Notes: generated by a model from the letters alone, not told the origin. A stretch of 64,000 nt of DNA from an uncultured Candidatus Saccharibacteria bacterium (GCA_964462335.1 CAYWYG010000001.1:9903-73902), one strand, 5' to 3'. Positions 9,213 to 18,818 are shown, counted from the stretch's first letter. Program-made: numbers and translations.

Positions 9213-10664
9213 ATGAAAGCACCCATCATCATGAAATTTGGCGGCACCTCTGTCGGTGATGCCGAGCAGATCGAACGTGTTGCGGCAATTATCGCGCATC
9301 GTCCAGATCATCCTACCGTCATCGTTGCATCAGCCATGGCTGGCGTCACTGACATGCTTGTCAGCCTCGCTCAATCAGTCAAGGACCGTGCTGTCGGACA
9401 TAGCCAGTTGCTGAGCGATATCACCGAGCGTCACATGCGGGCGGTCGTCAGTCTTCATCTTGACCCGGGCGAACGTACCGCGCTTCGCCACACCATGATC
9501 ACGCGACTTCACGAGCTCGAAGAGGCGACGGCACGTCTCAGCACGCAAAAATCCTCGTTTACCAAAGCCCACTATGATCAGATTGTGTCGTTTGGCGAAC
9601 GACTGAGTGTCGAATTGGTAGCTGCAGCGCTACGTCATGCTGGTATCGCCGCCCAAGCCGTATTGGCGACTGAGTGCATCGTGACCAATGACCGACATGG
9701 CGATGCCGAGCCACTGCTTGATGAGTCAGCCGCACAAGTAACACGTGTGCTCACGCCGCTTCTTGTTGATGGCGTCATACCTGTCGTAACGGGCTTTATC
9801 GGTGCGACTGCATCAGGAGACGTCACGACGCTCGGCCGTGGTGCGTCAGATTACACCGCGACCATCCTCGGCTATTGTCTCGATGCCTATGAAGTCTGGA
9901 TATGGACTGATGTAACCGGCGTCCTGACCGCCGATCCCAAGCTCATTCCTGACGCACAGACAATCGATCACTTGTCATACGAAGAGGCGGCAGAGCTGTC
10001 GCACTTTGGAGCAAAAGTTCTCCACCCGCTGACCATTGTGCCGGTTTCACTCAAAAACATCCCTATTCGTATCAAAAATACCTTCGAACATACCAACGAC
10101 GGAACACGCGTCTCGTCAGATACGCCTCGGCAGCCATCAGGCGTCAAAGCCGTGACGGCAAAGCACAATTTGTCGCTTGTCACGGTACGAGGCAAGGGTA
10201 CACCTGCGATCGCGCACGTCGCAGCGGCGACGTTTGGCGCACTAGCTCAGGAGAAGATCGATATCTACCTCATCTCTCATGCATCCTCCGAACGAAATAT
10301 GGCATTTGTCGTTGCCTCATCAGATAGCGAGCGCGCCGCAAATGCCGTGAGAATTGCTCTCAGCAAAGAGGAGATCGCGCATGACATCGATGAAGTACAT
10401 GTCCGCGACAATATATCGATGGTCGCTGTTGTTGGTGATGGCATGCAGCAATCTACTGGTATTACCGGCCAGCTTTTTTCGGCACTTGGCGCACATCGTG
10501 TCAATGTCGTCGCAGTTGCCCAGGGCCAGTTTGAGAGCAATATGTCATGTGTCGTCGACAGCCACGACGCAAACAGTGCCGTCAAAAGCCTCCATCATGC
10601 GTTTAATCTAAAAGGAGAAAAATCATCATGGCAGAAGCCATTCAAACGTCTGCTCAAGAGATGA
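9213..10664 (+). CDS. ask: aspartate kinase
   Basis: Begins MKFGGTSVGD and has an amino-acid kinase fold followed by C-terminal ACT-like repeats. TATAAT sits 8 nt before the ATG. Confidence 0.9.
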   Translation: MKAPIIMKFGGTSVGDAEQIERVAAIIAHRPDHPTVIVASAMAGVTDMLVSLAQSVKDRAVGHSQLLSDITERHMRAVVSLHLDPGERTALRHTMITRLHELEEATARLSTQKSSFTKAHYDQIVSFGERLSVELVAAALRHAGIAAQAVLATECIVTNDRHGDAEPLLDESAAQVTRVLTPLLVDGVIPVVTGFIGATASGDVTTLGRGASDYTATILGYCLDAYEVWIWTDVTGVLTADPKLIPDAQTIDHLSYEEAAELSHFGAKVLHPLTIVPVSLKNIPIRIKNTFEHTNDGTRVSSDTPRQPSGVKAVTAKHNLSLVTVRGKGTPAIAHVAAATFGALAQEKIDIYLISHASSERNMAFVVASSDSERAANAVRIALSKEEIAHDIDEVHVRDNISMVAVVGDGMQQSTGITGQLFSALGAHRVNVVAVAQGQFESNMSCVVDSHDANSAVKSLHHAFNLKGEKSSWQKPFKRLLKR

Positions 10665-11752
10665 CGCCCTACCGCGTCGGTATACTTGGGGCAACTGGTA
10701 TGGTCGGGCAGCGTTTTGTCACGCTACTCTCTGAGCACCCGTGGTTTGAGATAGCCGTCGTGGCGGCATCACCGTCATCAGCGGGTAAATTATACACGGA
10801 CGCTGTCCAAGACCGCTGGCATATGAGCTCACCTATACCTGATGGTGTGGCGAGCCTCACCGTTCGTTCTGTCGTCGATGACCTTGCCTCGATTGCTGCC
10901 GAGGTCGATATCGTCTTTTGTGCGCTAGATATGGACAAAGACACGATCCGGCAAGTAGAAACCGATTATGCCGCCGCTGGCGTTGCCGTCATATCCAACA
11001 ACTCAGCCCACCGCTGGACCGAGGACGTCCCGATGCTCATGCCAGAAGTAAACCTCGCACATACGGCACTCATCGACGTACAACGCCGTCAGCGCGGTTG
11101 GTCGACAGGTTTTATCGCCGTCAAACCAAACTGCTCTATCCAGTCGTATGTCTCGGTATTGACCGCACTCGTACCATTTGTGCCGCGTGATGTGAGCGTG
11201 ACGAGCTTGCAGGCTATTTCTGGAGCAGGCAAGACGTTTGTCACATGGCCCGAGATGGTCGACAATGTCATTCCCTACATCAGTGGCGAAGAGGAAAAAT
11301 CCGAACGTGAACCACTCAAGATATGGGGTCGGGTAGACGGTGATAGACTCACGCTTGCCGAGTCCCCGCGCATCAACGCAACGTGTATCCGCGTCCCAGT
11401 GAGTGACGGCCACATGGCATCAGTGCGTGTACGTTTCGATCACCCCGCCACGCGAGAGCAGATTATTGACGCGGTCAATAATTTTGCCAATCCGCTTCGT
11501 GATATGCAGCTTCCGTCAGCACCACAGCAGCTGATACGCTATCTCGAAGAAGATGATCGTCCGCAGACTAGGGCTGACCGTGATTATGAACATGGTATGG
11601 GTATCACGATGGGTCGTTTGCGTCAGATTGATAAGCATGAATGGCAATTTATATCACTCTCGCACAATACAATTCGCGGTGCGGCTGGCGGTGCTGTCTT
11701 GATGGCGGAGGTGCTCGCACGACAAGGATATATTACGCACCGTGAGAGATAA
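10661..11752 (+). CDS. asd: aspartate-semialdehyde dehydrogenase
   Basis: GILGATGMVGQRF NAD-binding site, active-site KPNCSIQS and SHNTIRGAAGG. The start was moved to the ATG that forms an ATGA overlap with the ask stop. Confidence 0.9.
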   Translation: MTPYRVGILGATGMVGQRFVTLLSEHPWFEIAVVAASPSSAGKLYTDAVQDRWHMSSPIPDGVASLTVRSVVDDLASIAAEVDIVFCALDMDKDTIRQVETDYAAAGVAVISNNSAHRWTEDVPMLMPEVNLAHTALIDVQRRQRGWSTGFIAVKPNCSIQSYVSVLTALVPFVPRDVSVTSLQAISGAGKTFVTWPEMVDNVIPYISGEEEKSEREPLKIWGRVDGDRLTLAESPRINATCIRVPVSDGHMASVRVRFDHPATREQIIDAVNNFANPLRDMQLPSAPQQLIRYLEEDDRPQTRADRDYEHGMGITMGRLRQIDKHEWQFISLSHNTIRGAAGGAVLMAEVLARQGYITHRER

Positions 11753-11791
11753 GTTTTATCAGCAAAACAGATTTGCTATACTGGCTAGAGT

Positions 11792-12415
11792 ATGAAATCA
11801 CTGAGTTTAGCGAGGCCGTTGGTCATAATGCTTGTAGGGATCCCCGGATCGGGTAAGAGTTTTTTTGCTCGCCAGTTTAGCGACCTTTTTGATGCGCCAA
11901 TTGTCAGCCTTGATGAGATTCGACATGTTCTATTTAGCGACCCTCAGTTTAGCCGCGACGAGGAAACATTGATCGCAATGGTCATGCGTATACAGATGAA
12001 ACAATTATTTCGGACGCAGAAAACATTTTTGATCGACGGTGGACTGAATACTCGTATGGCGCGAATGGCCATTGAAAAGCTGGCAAAACAGTATGAGTAT
12101 GGTACGGTCACCGTGTGGGTGCAAACTGACGAAGATACGTCTGCATATCGCTCACTGAAGCGCCATGCAAAGCGCCCAGGTGATGCACTCAATACGTCTA
12201 TGAGCGAGAGCGTGTTTATCAATCAGGCAAAACGTATCAACCCCCCCGAAGAAAAGGAAGTGCACGTCGTTATTAGTGGTAAGCACACGTTCGCAACACA
12301 AGCCAAGATGGTTCTGCGTCGTATCATTGTACCTCGCGACCAGAGTACCTCGCCTGGCTCGCTACGAGGTGATATCGCCCAGCAACGTACACCGTCACCC
12401 CGCACGAACTCCTGA
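11792..12415 (+). CDS. P-loop kinase-like ATPase (AAA_33 / zeta-toxin-like fold)
   Basis: Walker A VGIPGSGKSFF. 207 aa. TGCTATACT sits 9 nt upstream of the ATG. Confidence 0.6.
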   Translation: MKSLSLARPLVIMLVGIPGSGKSFFARQFSDLFDAPIVSLDEIRHVLFSDPQFSRDEETLIAMVMRIQMKQLFRTQKTFLIDGGLNTRMARMAIEKLAKQYEYGTVTVWVQTDEDTSAYRSLKRHAKRPGDALNTSMSESVFINQAKRINPPEEKEVHVVISGKHTFATQAKMVLRRIIVPRDQSTSPGSLRGDIAQQRTPSPRTNS

Positions 12416-13116
12416 TGCGTGCTACGACGTTAACTGACGAGGAGTTCGGGGTGATCACAATTCGACGTATCACCGGTACGCGACACGTCAAAGTGAGGGT
12501 CGCCCATGATGGCTCTGTGAGAGCAACCATGCCCCGTATTGCACCGCTCTATCTGCTCAGACAGTTGATCGATTCATCCCGCCCAGCACTTCGCGAGGCA
12601 ATCGCTGAGATGGCTACATCAGCGCCTCCGCATTATCGTGACGGAGACCAGGTTGGCTCATCGCATCGCATCACTGTCGAACCCGCACCAGACAGCTCTG
12701 CGCGTGTCGTTGGGCAGCGAATTATTTGGAAGATAGCATCTGGCGCCAATCCTGATACGCCCACACAGCAAGCGATTATTCGCAAAGCGGTTCGTAAGGC
12801 GCTCGATGTCGAAGCCAAGGCATATCTCCCGCGGCGGTTATCGTATCTCGCTCAGCGTCATGGTTTTCAGTACAATACCGTGCGCTACAGCAACGCAAAA
12901 GGACGGTGGGGAAGTTGTAGCAGCCGCGGTGTCATTAGCCTCAACGTTGCGCTTATGCGTCTTCCGATGGAATACGTCGATTATGTCCTTATACACGAGC
13001 TCGTGCACACCAAGCATCTCAATCACTCAGACGCGTTTTGGGCAGAGGTTTCACGGTGTTATCCCAACTACAAAGCAGCCAAAAAAGCACTCAAATCGTA
13101 CAACCCATATCTCTGA
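12415..13116 (+). CDS. YgjP/DUF45-type (M48-like) metal-dependent hydrolase
   Basis: HExxH motif in VLIHELVHTKHLNHSDAFW. Start overlaps the upstream stop. Confidence 0.7.
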   Translation: MRATTLTDEEFGVITIRRITGTRHVKVRVAHDGSVRATMPRIAPLYLLRQLIDSSRPALREAIAEMATSAPPHYRDGDQVGSSHRITVEPAPDSSARVVGQRIIWKIASGANPDTPTQQAIIRKAVRKALDVEAKAYLPRRLSYLAQRHGFQYNTVRYSNAKGRWGSCSSRGVISLNVALMRLPMEYVDYVLIHELVHTKHLNHSDAFWAEVSRCYPNYKAAKKALKSYNPYL

Positions 13117-13173
13117 ATATACTGTTAACGCTATTTACCATTTACCGTGAACCGTTTACTATAGTAGGCAAGC

Positions 13174-14811
13174 ATGGGTGGAAATGTCTTCGAAAAACGT
13201 GATAAATATTCACTACTTCTCGCGTCATCATTGAGAAAAACTGCGGCAATTTTGGCGTTGTTTGTCACTTTATATGCAATCGCTGCTCATGCAGGGTTGG
13301 TCGCAACCTCACCCCTCTACAGTCCGAACAGCAGCGTGATCGTCGCAACTTTGACGATTATGAGCGCCTTGTGGATATACTTCAATCGTGCCACACGCAG
13401 TGCAGGTACTGTACGTCTCTTTCTCTTGCCATTTCACCTCTTAGCTGTACTGACGCCGCTCCTCATTACAGGGTTTATGAGCCCTTTGACTGTTTTTTGG
13501 GCGATCTTGATCGCTATCACGGATATTTTGATATCACGCAAAGCTATGCTGTACAGCGCCGCAGCGCTAGTCACAACTGCGTATCTCAATATCATGGTGC
13601 TCGACCAGGTAACACCGCTCTCAGTAACATCCCATCTAAACTATGCGGTAATCATCATTATTCTGGCCGGATTTATCAGTGCGCTGCAACGAGTCCAATA
13701 CATTGAGCATCAAGATTTTGTCAAAGAAAAGGCCGAGCGCTCCACCCAACAAAATCAGCTTATGACACTCATCAACAGTGTCAACGAGGCAATTTTAAGC
13801 GTCAACGCTAGCGGCATCATACAGCTTTACAACGCGGCCGCCCTCAACCTCCTCGATACAAACCAGACACTCAACGGCACACGTCTCGATGATGTACTCA
13901 ACCTATATGGCGAGGACAACAACCCAACCGAAATATTCGCCGAGCTCAAAAATGGCGGACCAGTCGTAGTACGAAATGACTTAGAGCACCGGTTTCAGGA
14001 CGGTGAAGCAATCAGTTTGTCGATCAGCGGGTCACGGATACGAGGAACAAACAATGAGATCCAGGGCTATATATTGATTTTGCGAGATATCACCAAAGAC
14101 AAGAGTCTCGAAGAAGAACGAGATGAATTTATCTCCGTCGTATCTCATGAATTACGCACGCCAGTTACGATTACGGAGGGGACGATTAGTAATGTCCAGT
14201 TGCTGATAAGCAAGGGAGCATCACCACAGGTCGTGACCGACGCGCTAAGCGCTGCTCATGATCAAACATTGTATTTGTCGCGCATGATCAATGATCTTAG
14301 CACACTCTCGAGGGCCGAGCGGGGCATCGGGGACGAAAAAGAGCATATTGACATCACGGCATTGCTTCACAATCTCTACAATGACTACCACACGAAAGCA
14401 AGTGCCAAGAAACTTAAACTCAACCTCGATATATCACCCAGTCTAGGGCATGTTCACGCGAGTCGATTATACCTCGAAGAGGTCTTGCAAAACTTTTTGA
14501 CTAACGCGATCAAATATACCGAGAAGGGCTCCATCACTCTTGGCGCCACGCGCCGCAAGGGTACGATTCGCTTTGCTGTTCGCGACACGGGCATAGGTAT
14601 CAGCAAGCACGAACAGAAAAAGGTGTTTGATAAGTTTTACCGCGCAGAGGATTACCGCACTCGTCAGACAAGTGGTACTGGGCTTGGTCTGTATATTGTG
14701 CGCAAACTTGCTCATAAATTAGGTACGGAGATCGCACTAGAGAGCCGGCTCAATCATGGCTCTGAGTTTTCATTTGCGCTACCGGTTGACAAGGATGCTC
14801 AAAGCAAGTAG
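13174..14811 (+). CDS. sensor histidine kinase (multi-TM N-terminus, PAS-like, HisKA, HATPase_c); no adjacent response regulator
   Basis: H-box SHELRTP, N box LTNAIKYT, and G boxes DTGIGI and GTGLGL. Confidence 0.85.
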   Translation: MGGNVFEKRDKYSLLLASSLRKTAAILALFVTLYAIAAHAGLVATSPLYSPNSSVIVATLTIMSALWIYFNRATRSAGTVRLFLLPFHLLAVLTPLLITGFMSPLTVFWAILIAITDILISRKAMLYSAAALVTTAYLNIMVLDQVTPLSVTSHLNYAVIIIILAGFISALQRVQYIEHQDFVKEKAERSTQQNQLMTLINSVNEAILSVNASGIIQLYNAAALNLLDTNQTLNGTRLDDVLNLYGEDNNPTEIFAELKNGGPVVVRNDLEHRFQDGEAISLSISGSRIRGTNNEIQGYILILRDITKDKSLEEERDEFISVVSHELRTPVTITEGTISNVQLLISKGASPQVVTDALSAAHDQTLYLSRMINDLSTLSRAERGIGDEKEHIDITALLHNLYNDYHTKASAKKLKLNLDISPSLGHVHASRLYLEEVLQNFLTNAIKYTEKGSITLGATRRKGTIRFAVRDTGIGISKHEQKKVFDKFYRAEDYRTRQTSGTGLGLYIVRKLAHKLGTEIALESRLNHGSEFSFALPVDKDAQSK

Positions 14812-14873
14812 TATTGACTTGACAGGCTGTATCAAGACAGTCTTTTTTAGTGACAAAGTAAGTGGGAGTAATA

Positions 14874-15140
14874 ATGGCTAAAAAACCAGCGTCAAAAAAA
14901 GTCGCAGCGAGTAAACTACCTCGATTGAAACTGCCTCGTATTCGCCGAGTGAAAAAATCGGATGATACAGTAGGATATTTTGGAGGGGCATGGCGCGAAC
15001 TTCGCCTCGTACGATGGCCAGATCGTTCAGCAACATGGGTTTTGACACTCGCAGTCATCCTATTCTCAGTATTCTTTGCCGCGATTATTCTCGGGCTTGA
15101 TTTTGGGTTTAATGAATTATTCAGAAAGGTAATACTTTAG
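14874..15140 (+). CDS. secE: preprotein translocase subunit SecE
   Basis: MAKKPASKK... followed by WRELRLVRWP and a single C-terminal TM helix. GGGAG sits upstream, and the gene lies directly before nusG. Confidence 0.85.
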   Translation: MAKKPASKKVAASKLPRLKLPRIRRVKKSDDTVGYFGGAWRELRLVRWPDRSATWVLTLAVILFSVFFAAIILGLDFGFNELFRKVIL

Positions 15141-15142
15141 TC

Positions 15143-15691
15143 ATGACAACCAAACACCGCTACGATTCGACGCGTTCATGGTACGCTATTCATACGTATA
15201 GCGGCTATGAAGAGAAAGTCGCGGAGAGCATTCAGCAGCGCGTCGAATCCGTCGACATGGCAGACAAAATATTTGGCGTGCTTGTCCCCAAAGAAAAACA
15301 GATTGAGATCAAAAACGGCAAACGCAAGATTGTCGAGAAAAAGATCTTTCAAGGCTACGTGCTCGTTGAGATGAAGATGACCGAAGATGCGTGGTTCATC
15401 GTCCGCAACACGCCTGGTGTGACCGGATTTGTCGGTAGCGGCACCGAGCCAACACCAGTCAGCGACGCCGAGATAAGCAAGATCAAGAAACGTATGGGTG
15501 TCGCCGATCCGAAACACCACATCAACTATGAGATTGGTGAAGTGGTCAACATCACCGATGGTCCCTTCAAAGGCTTCGACGGCGCCATCAGCGAGATCGA
15601 CACCCAAAAAGGCAAGATCCGCGTCCTTGTCAGCATGTTTGGTCGCGAAACACCTGTCGAACTGGACGCCCTGCAAGTGAAGAAAGTGTAG
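15143..15691 (+). CDS. nusG: transcription termination/antitermination factor NusG
   Basis: NGN domain (WYAIHTYSGYEEKV) and KOW motif (GEVVNITDGPFKGFDGAI). Confidence 0.95.
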   Translation: MTTKHRYDSTRSWYAIHTYSGYEEKVAESIQQRVESVDMADKIFGVLVPKEKQIEIKNGKRKIVEKKIFQGYVLVEMKMTEDAWFIVRNTPGVTGFVGSGTEPTPVSDAEISKIKKRMGVADPKHHINYEIGEVVNITDGPFKGFDGAISEIDTQKGKIRVLVSMFGRETPVELDALQVKKV

Positions 15692-15740
15692 TGCTCGTAC
15701 TGACTGCGATAAAGGCGCACCTCCGATCTGGCCATCTCTC

Positions 15741-16289
15741 ATGAGTGAATCACCACACCATCAAGAGCTACGCCTCGAACAACGGTACGATCGTTTGACG
15801 GCTGAGGAGATTATACATCGTGCGAGCGCACTAGTGGGAGAAAGCCGTGTATATATCCGGACTGTCTTTGATAGTTTGAGGCGTGCATGCGAGAAGCATA
15901 TTCTCGCAAACGACCTCGACAACGAGTACAAAAAAGCCCTCAGCTGCGTCATAGCGGCGAGTGAACACACCCGCTATGCGTTTGGCGACTTTACACCTAT
16001 CCCATCTGTTGTGTTAGATGAAATTTCGAACGCAAAGCCTCCTGTTCGCGACATTATGTTTATCACAGCAGCAGCACAACACCATGTAGCAAGGTTATGG
16101 CAAGCTAACATGGGTGAAGCTGCACCAGAAACACTTGCCGCGACAAGAAATACCACACTTATGACAATGCGCAGGATGTCGATGGTCGACATGCCCGAAG
16201 GTGGAAGACCTGTTCACTATGTAAGTCTTTTACCTGGTCAAGCATTACTGCATGGCCGTCCACTGTCAACCGTTGACGTTCAAATCTAA
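15741..16289 (+). CDS. hypothetical protein inserted between nusG and rplK
   Basis: 182-aa ORF with no motif I recognise. Its position is atypical. Confidence 0.5.
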   Translation: MSESPHHQELRLEQRYDRLTAEEIIHRASALVGESRVYIRTVFDSLRRACEKHILANDLDNEYKKALSCVIAASEHTRYAFGDFTPIPSVVLDEISNAKPPVRDIMFITAAAQHHVARLWQANMGEAAPETLAATRNTTLMTMRRMSMVDMPEGGRPVHYVSLLPGQALLHGRPLSTVDVQI

Positions 16290-16377
16290 GGGTAAAATTG
16301 ACTAGTTTATCGAAATGCGCTACAATCGACCACTGTTACGCACATGAAATATCAATTTTATGAAGGTTTTGGAGCTT

Positions 16378-16416
16378 CATTCTAGCATCTAGAATCCAGA
16401 ATCTAGCATCTAAGGA
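16378..16416. repeat. low-complexity TCTAGCATCTA direct repeat block in the rplK 5' region
   Basis: TCTAGCATCTA occurs at 16381-16391 and 16402-16412. ATTCTAG/CTAGAAT forms a small hairpin. The block ends 8 nt before the rplK ATG. Confidence 0.4.
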
Positions 16417-16423
16417 TATACGT

Positions 16424-16849
16424 ATGGCCAAAAAAATCATAGGTAACCTCAAATTCCGCGTCCCTGGTGGTCGTGCAACGGCTGGTCCACCAGTCGGTAG
16501 CACCCTCGGCCAATGGGGTCTCAACATGATGGATTTTATCAATCCATTTAATGACGCAACCAAAGAATACAATGGCAAAGATGTCATCGTCCACTTGCAG
16601 GTCTACGAAGACCGCACCTTTACGTGGAAATGTCTCGGTCAGCCAGTCGATGAACTGATCAAAGAAAAGACTGGTATCAAAGCTGGTTCAGGCAAGCCTC
16701 ACACCGACAAAGTAGGCAAGATCACTCGTGCACAACTCGAAGAGATCGCTGAGATCAAGATGAAGCAGCTCAACGCCAACGATCTCGACGCCGCTGTCAA
16801 GATCGTCGCCGGTACTGCCCGTAGTATGGGTGTGACGGTCGAAAAATAA
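16424..16849 (+). CDS. rplK: 50S ribosomal protein L11
   Basis: 141 aa with PPVGSTLGQWGLNMMDF, the typical L11 N-terminal domain. Confidence 0.95.
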   Translation: MAKKIIGNLKFRVPGGRATAGPPVGSTLGQWGLNMMDFINPFNDATKEYNGKDVIVHLQVYEDRTFTWKCLGQPVDELIKEKTGIKAGSGKPHTDKVGKITRAQLEEIAEIKMKQLNANDLDAAVKIVAGTARSMGVTVEK

Positions 16850-16866
16850 TAACCTATTGAAACGCA

Positions 16867-16899
16867 AAATTACCCCTTGTACATGAGGGGTAATTTTAT
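16867..16899 (+). terminator. intrinsic terminator after rplK
   Basis: AAATTACCCC - 10-nt loop - GGGGTAATTT, followed by TA. Confidence 0.6.
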
Positions 16900-16911
16900 G
16901 TTCAGGGTAGT

Positions 16912-16937
16912 CCTGGGTGCTTATTCAAGCACCCAGG
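16912..16937 (-). terminator. hairpin downstream of cdsA
   Basis: 11-bp perfect stem CCTGGGTGCTT/AAGCACCCAGG with loop ATTC. Confidence 0.5.
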
Positions 16938-16944
16938 CTGATCC

Positions 16945-17607
16945 CTACCTTGCATGCTTACGCAAACGCAAGACGACGAGCAGGATTACGCCGACGACGG
17001 AGCTACGGAGCAGACTGTCGACACGGTCGGTCCACCCGCCATGCTCGCCAAGCGCTCCTCCGACATCTTTGATGTCGATGTCACGCTTCATCTGGCTCTC
17101 CTGCAGGTCTCCGGCGACGGCGACAACATTCACGATGAGACCAAAGACGATTCGGAGAGGGAGGGGTATAAAGCTTCGGGAGAATCGCGAGAAAAACCAC
17201 GTACCTGCCGCGACACCGATAATCGCACCCTCCCATGACTTATTGGGTGAGTAGCGTGACAACCCCTTGGTGAACACCTTCTTGCCAAAGAGCATGCCGC
17301 CGATGTTTGCGAAAATATCGTTTGCAATGGCTCCTAGGCTGACCGCGAGCGTCATAGGAAGGTTTACTACACGAGTTATCATTGCCGCACTGAAGCCAGT
17401 AACGACAAATGCCTTCTCGCGGCTGATATATACACGATAACCGTGCATACGCTCGAGACCTGTCAGCTCCTGCCAGCACTTCACCCCGACGTAGGCGATG
17501 AGCAACGCGAAGGTCAATGGCGACAGTAACGTTGCCATCAGCGCAGCAGCAAAGAGAGGCAGGGCAACCGTCGCCTTTTTTGCGAGCTTGGTGTAGGACG
17601 GAGACAT
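16945..17607 (-). CDS. cdsA: phosphatidate cytidylyltransferase (CDP-diglyceride synthase family)
   Basis: SPNKSWEGAIIG and GDLQESQMKRDIDIKD...GEHGGWTDRVDS signature. Confidence 0.85.
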   Translation of the reverse strand: MSPSYTKLAKKATVALPLFAAALMATLLSPLTFALLIAYVGVKCWQELTGLERMHGYRVYISREKAFVVTGFSAAMITRVVNLPMTLAVSLGAIANDIFANIGGMLFGKKVFTKGLSRYSPNKSWEGAIIGVAAGTWFFSRFSRSFIPLPLRIVFGLIVNVVAVAGDLQESQMKRDIDIKDVGGALGEHGGWTDRVDSLLRSSVVGVILLVVLRLRKHAR

Positions 17608-17799
17608 TTATGACCCCTTTCACGGGTGATGTCAGTTGTTAAGGTAGAGTTCAACTCGTATAGTAGCAAACGCGTCGCAGTTCTCAAACCATATACAATA
17701 TGATTTTTGACTAACTGATGATATAATCTGTCAGATATAACTATAACTTTGTGGGACCATATCATCTGATATTGGGTTTGTACCACGAAAGGATTGATC

Positions 17800-18801
17800 A
17801 TGGCCAAGAAAGCCGAACTGCTCGAGCGAGCACATACACTAAAACTTGACGTCAGCGCCAAAAACACCATCGCGGAGATAGAGGCTGCCTTGCAGTCAGC
17901 AGAAGGTGAGAAAAAGAAGGAAGATGGAAGAGAAGTTATCGCAGAGCGCAAAGCCGACGTAGCAAAAGCCGGCAAACGAAGTGAAAAAGCTCTCCACGAA
18001 GCCGAAGAACACGCCGACAAAGAAGCCCGAAAAGCGGCTCACGACACAACCCCTCAGTCAGACACCGTAGCGCACCACAAAAAAGGCGCCGCACCCAAAG
18101 TCCGTCCGCATCACGAGCGCAAAGGTAAAAAATACCGCGACGCCTATGCCAAAATTGACCATAGCAAATCCTACGCATTGGCAGAAGCGCTTGAGCTTGC
18201 TGTCAGCACTAGCCCTGCCAAATTCGACGCAAGTGTCGAAGCTCATGTCGTCCTTGGTGTCGATCCGCGTCAAGCTGATCAGAATATTCGCGCCACCGTG
18301 GCACTGCCTCACGGTACTGGTAAAACATTGCGTGTCGCTGCGTTTGTGCCGAGTGATGAAGTCGACGCTGCAACCAAAGCTGGTGCAGATGTCGCAGGTG
18401 AAGAAGCAATCGTCGCACTGCTTGATGCAGAAAAGCTTGATTTTGACATCCTCGTCGCGACCCCGGCACTCATGCCGAAACTCGGTAAATACGCTCGACT
18501 ACTTGGTCCACGCGGCCTTATGCCAAACCCCAAAAGTGGCACAGTCAGTACCAACGCTGCCAAAGCTGTCAAAGAAGCCAAAGGCGGCAAGGTTGAATAC
18601 CGCGTCGACAAACAATCGATCGTGCACCTCTCTGTCGGCAAAGTTAGCTTTGGTGGTAGCAAGCTGGCCGACAATGCCAATGCGTTCTTTACTAGCCTCC
18701 AAGGTGCTAAACCGAGCTCTATCAAAGGCATCTACATCCAATCAGTTCACGTCACCACTACCATGGGCCCTAGCGTGAAAGTCGATCCATCATCACTTTA
18801 A
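17800..18801 (+). CDS. rplA: 50S ribosomal protein L1 with an N-terminal extension of about 105 aa
   Basis: The canonical L1 core runs from about aa 110 (KKYRDAYAKID...ALPHGTGK...GPRGLMPNPKSGTV). ATG 17800 follows AAAGGA. TGATATAAT lies at about 17718-17726. Confidence 0.9.
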   Translation: MAKKAELLERAHTLKLDVSAKNTIAEIEAALQSAEGEKKKEDGREVIAERKADVAKAGKRSEKALHEAEEHADKEARKAAHDTTPQSDTVAHHKKGAAPKVRPHHERKGKKYRDAYAKIDHSKSYALAEALELAVSTSPAKFDASVEAHVVLGVDPRQADQNIRATVALPHGTGKTLRVAAFVPSDEVDAATKAGADVAGEEAIVALLDAEKLDFDILVATPALMPKLGKYARLLGPRGLMPNPKSGTVSTNAAKAVKEAKGGKVEYRVDKQSIVHLSVGKVSFGGSKLADNANAFFTSLQGAKPSSIKGIYIQSVHVTTTMGPSVKVDPSSL

Positions 18802-18818
18802 TAACGACCATCTCATAC

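Noticed and set aside
13174-14811. The orphan histidine kinase as a sign of an unusual signalling system.
   Set aside because: Orphan kinases are common, and the partner regulator may be encoded elsewhere. Nothing in the sequence is atypical.
15176-15742. A 188-aa minus-strand ORF antisense to nusG, plus many other antisense ORFs of 60-160 aa inside cyoB, ectB, ask, atpA, cdsA, rplA and others.
   Set aside because: They lie entirely within confidently identified conserved genes and have no start signals. They are shadow ORFs.
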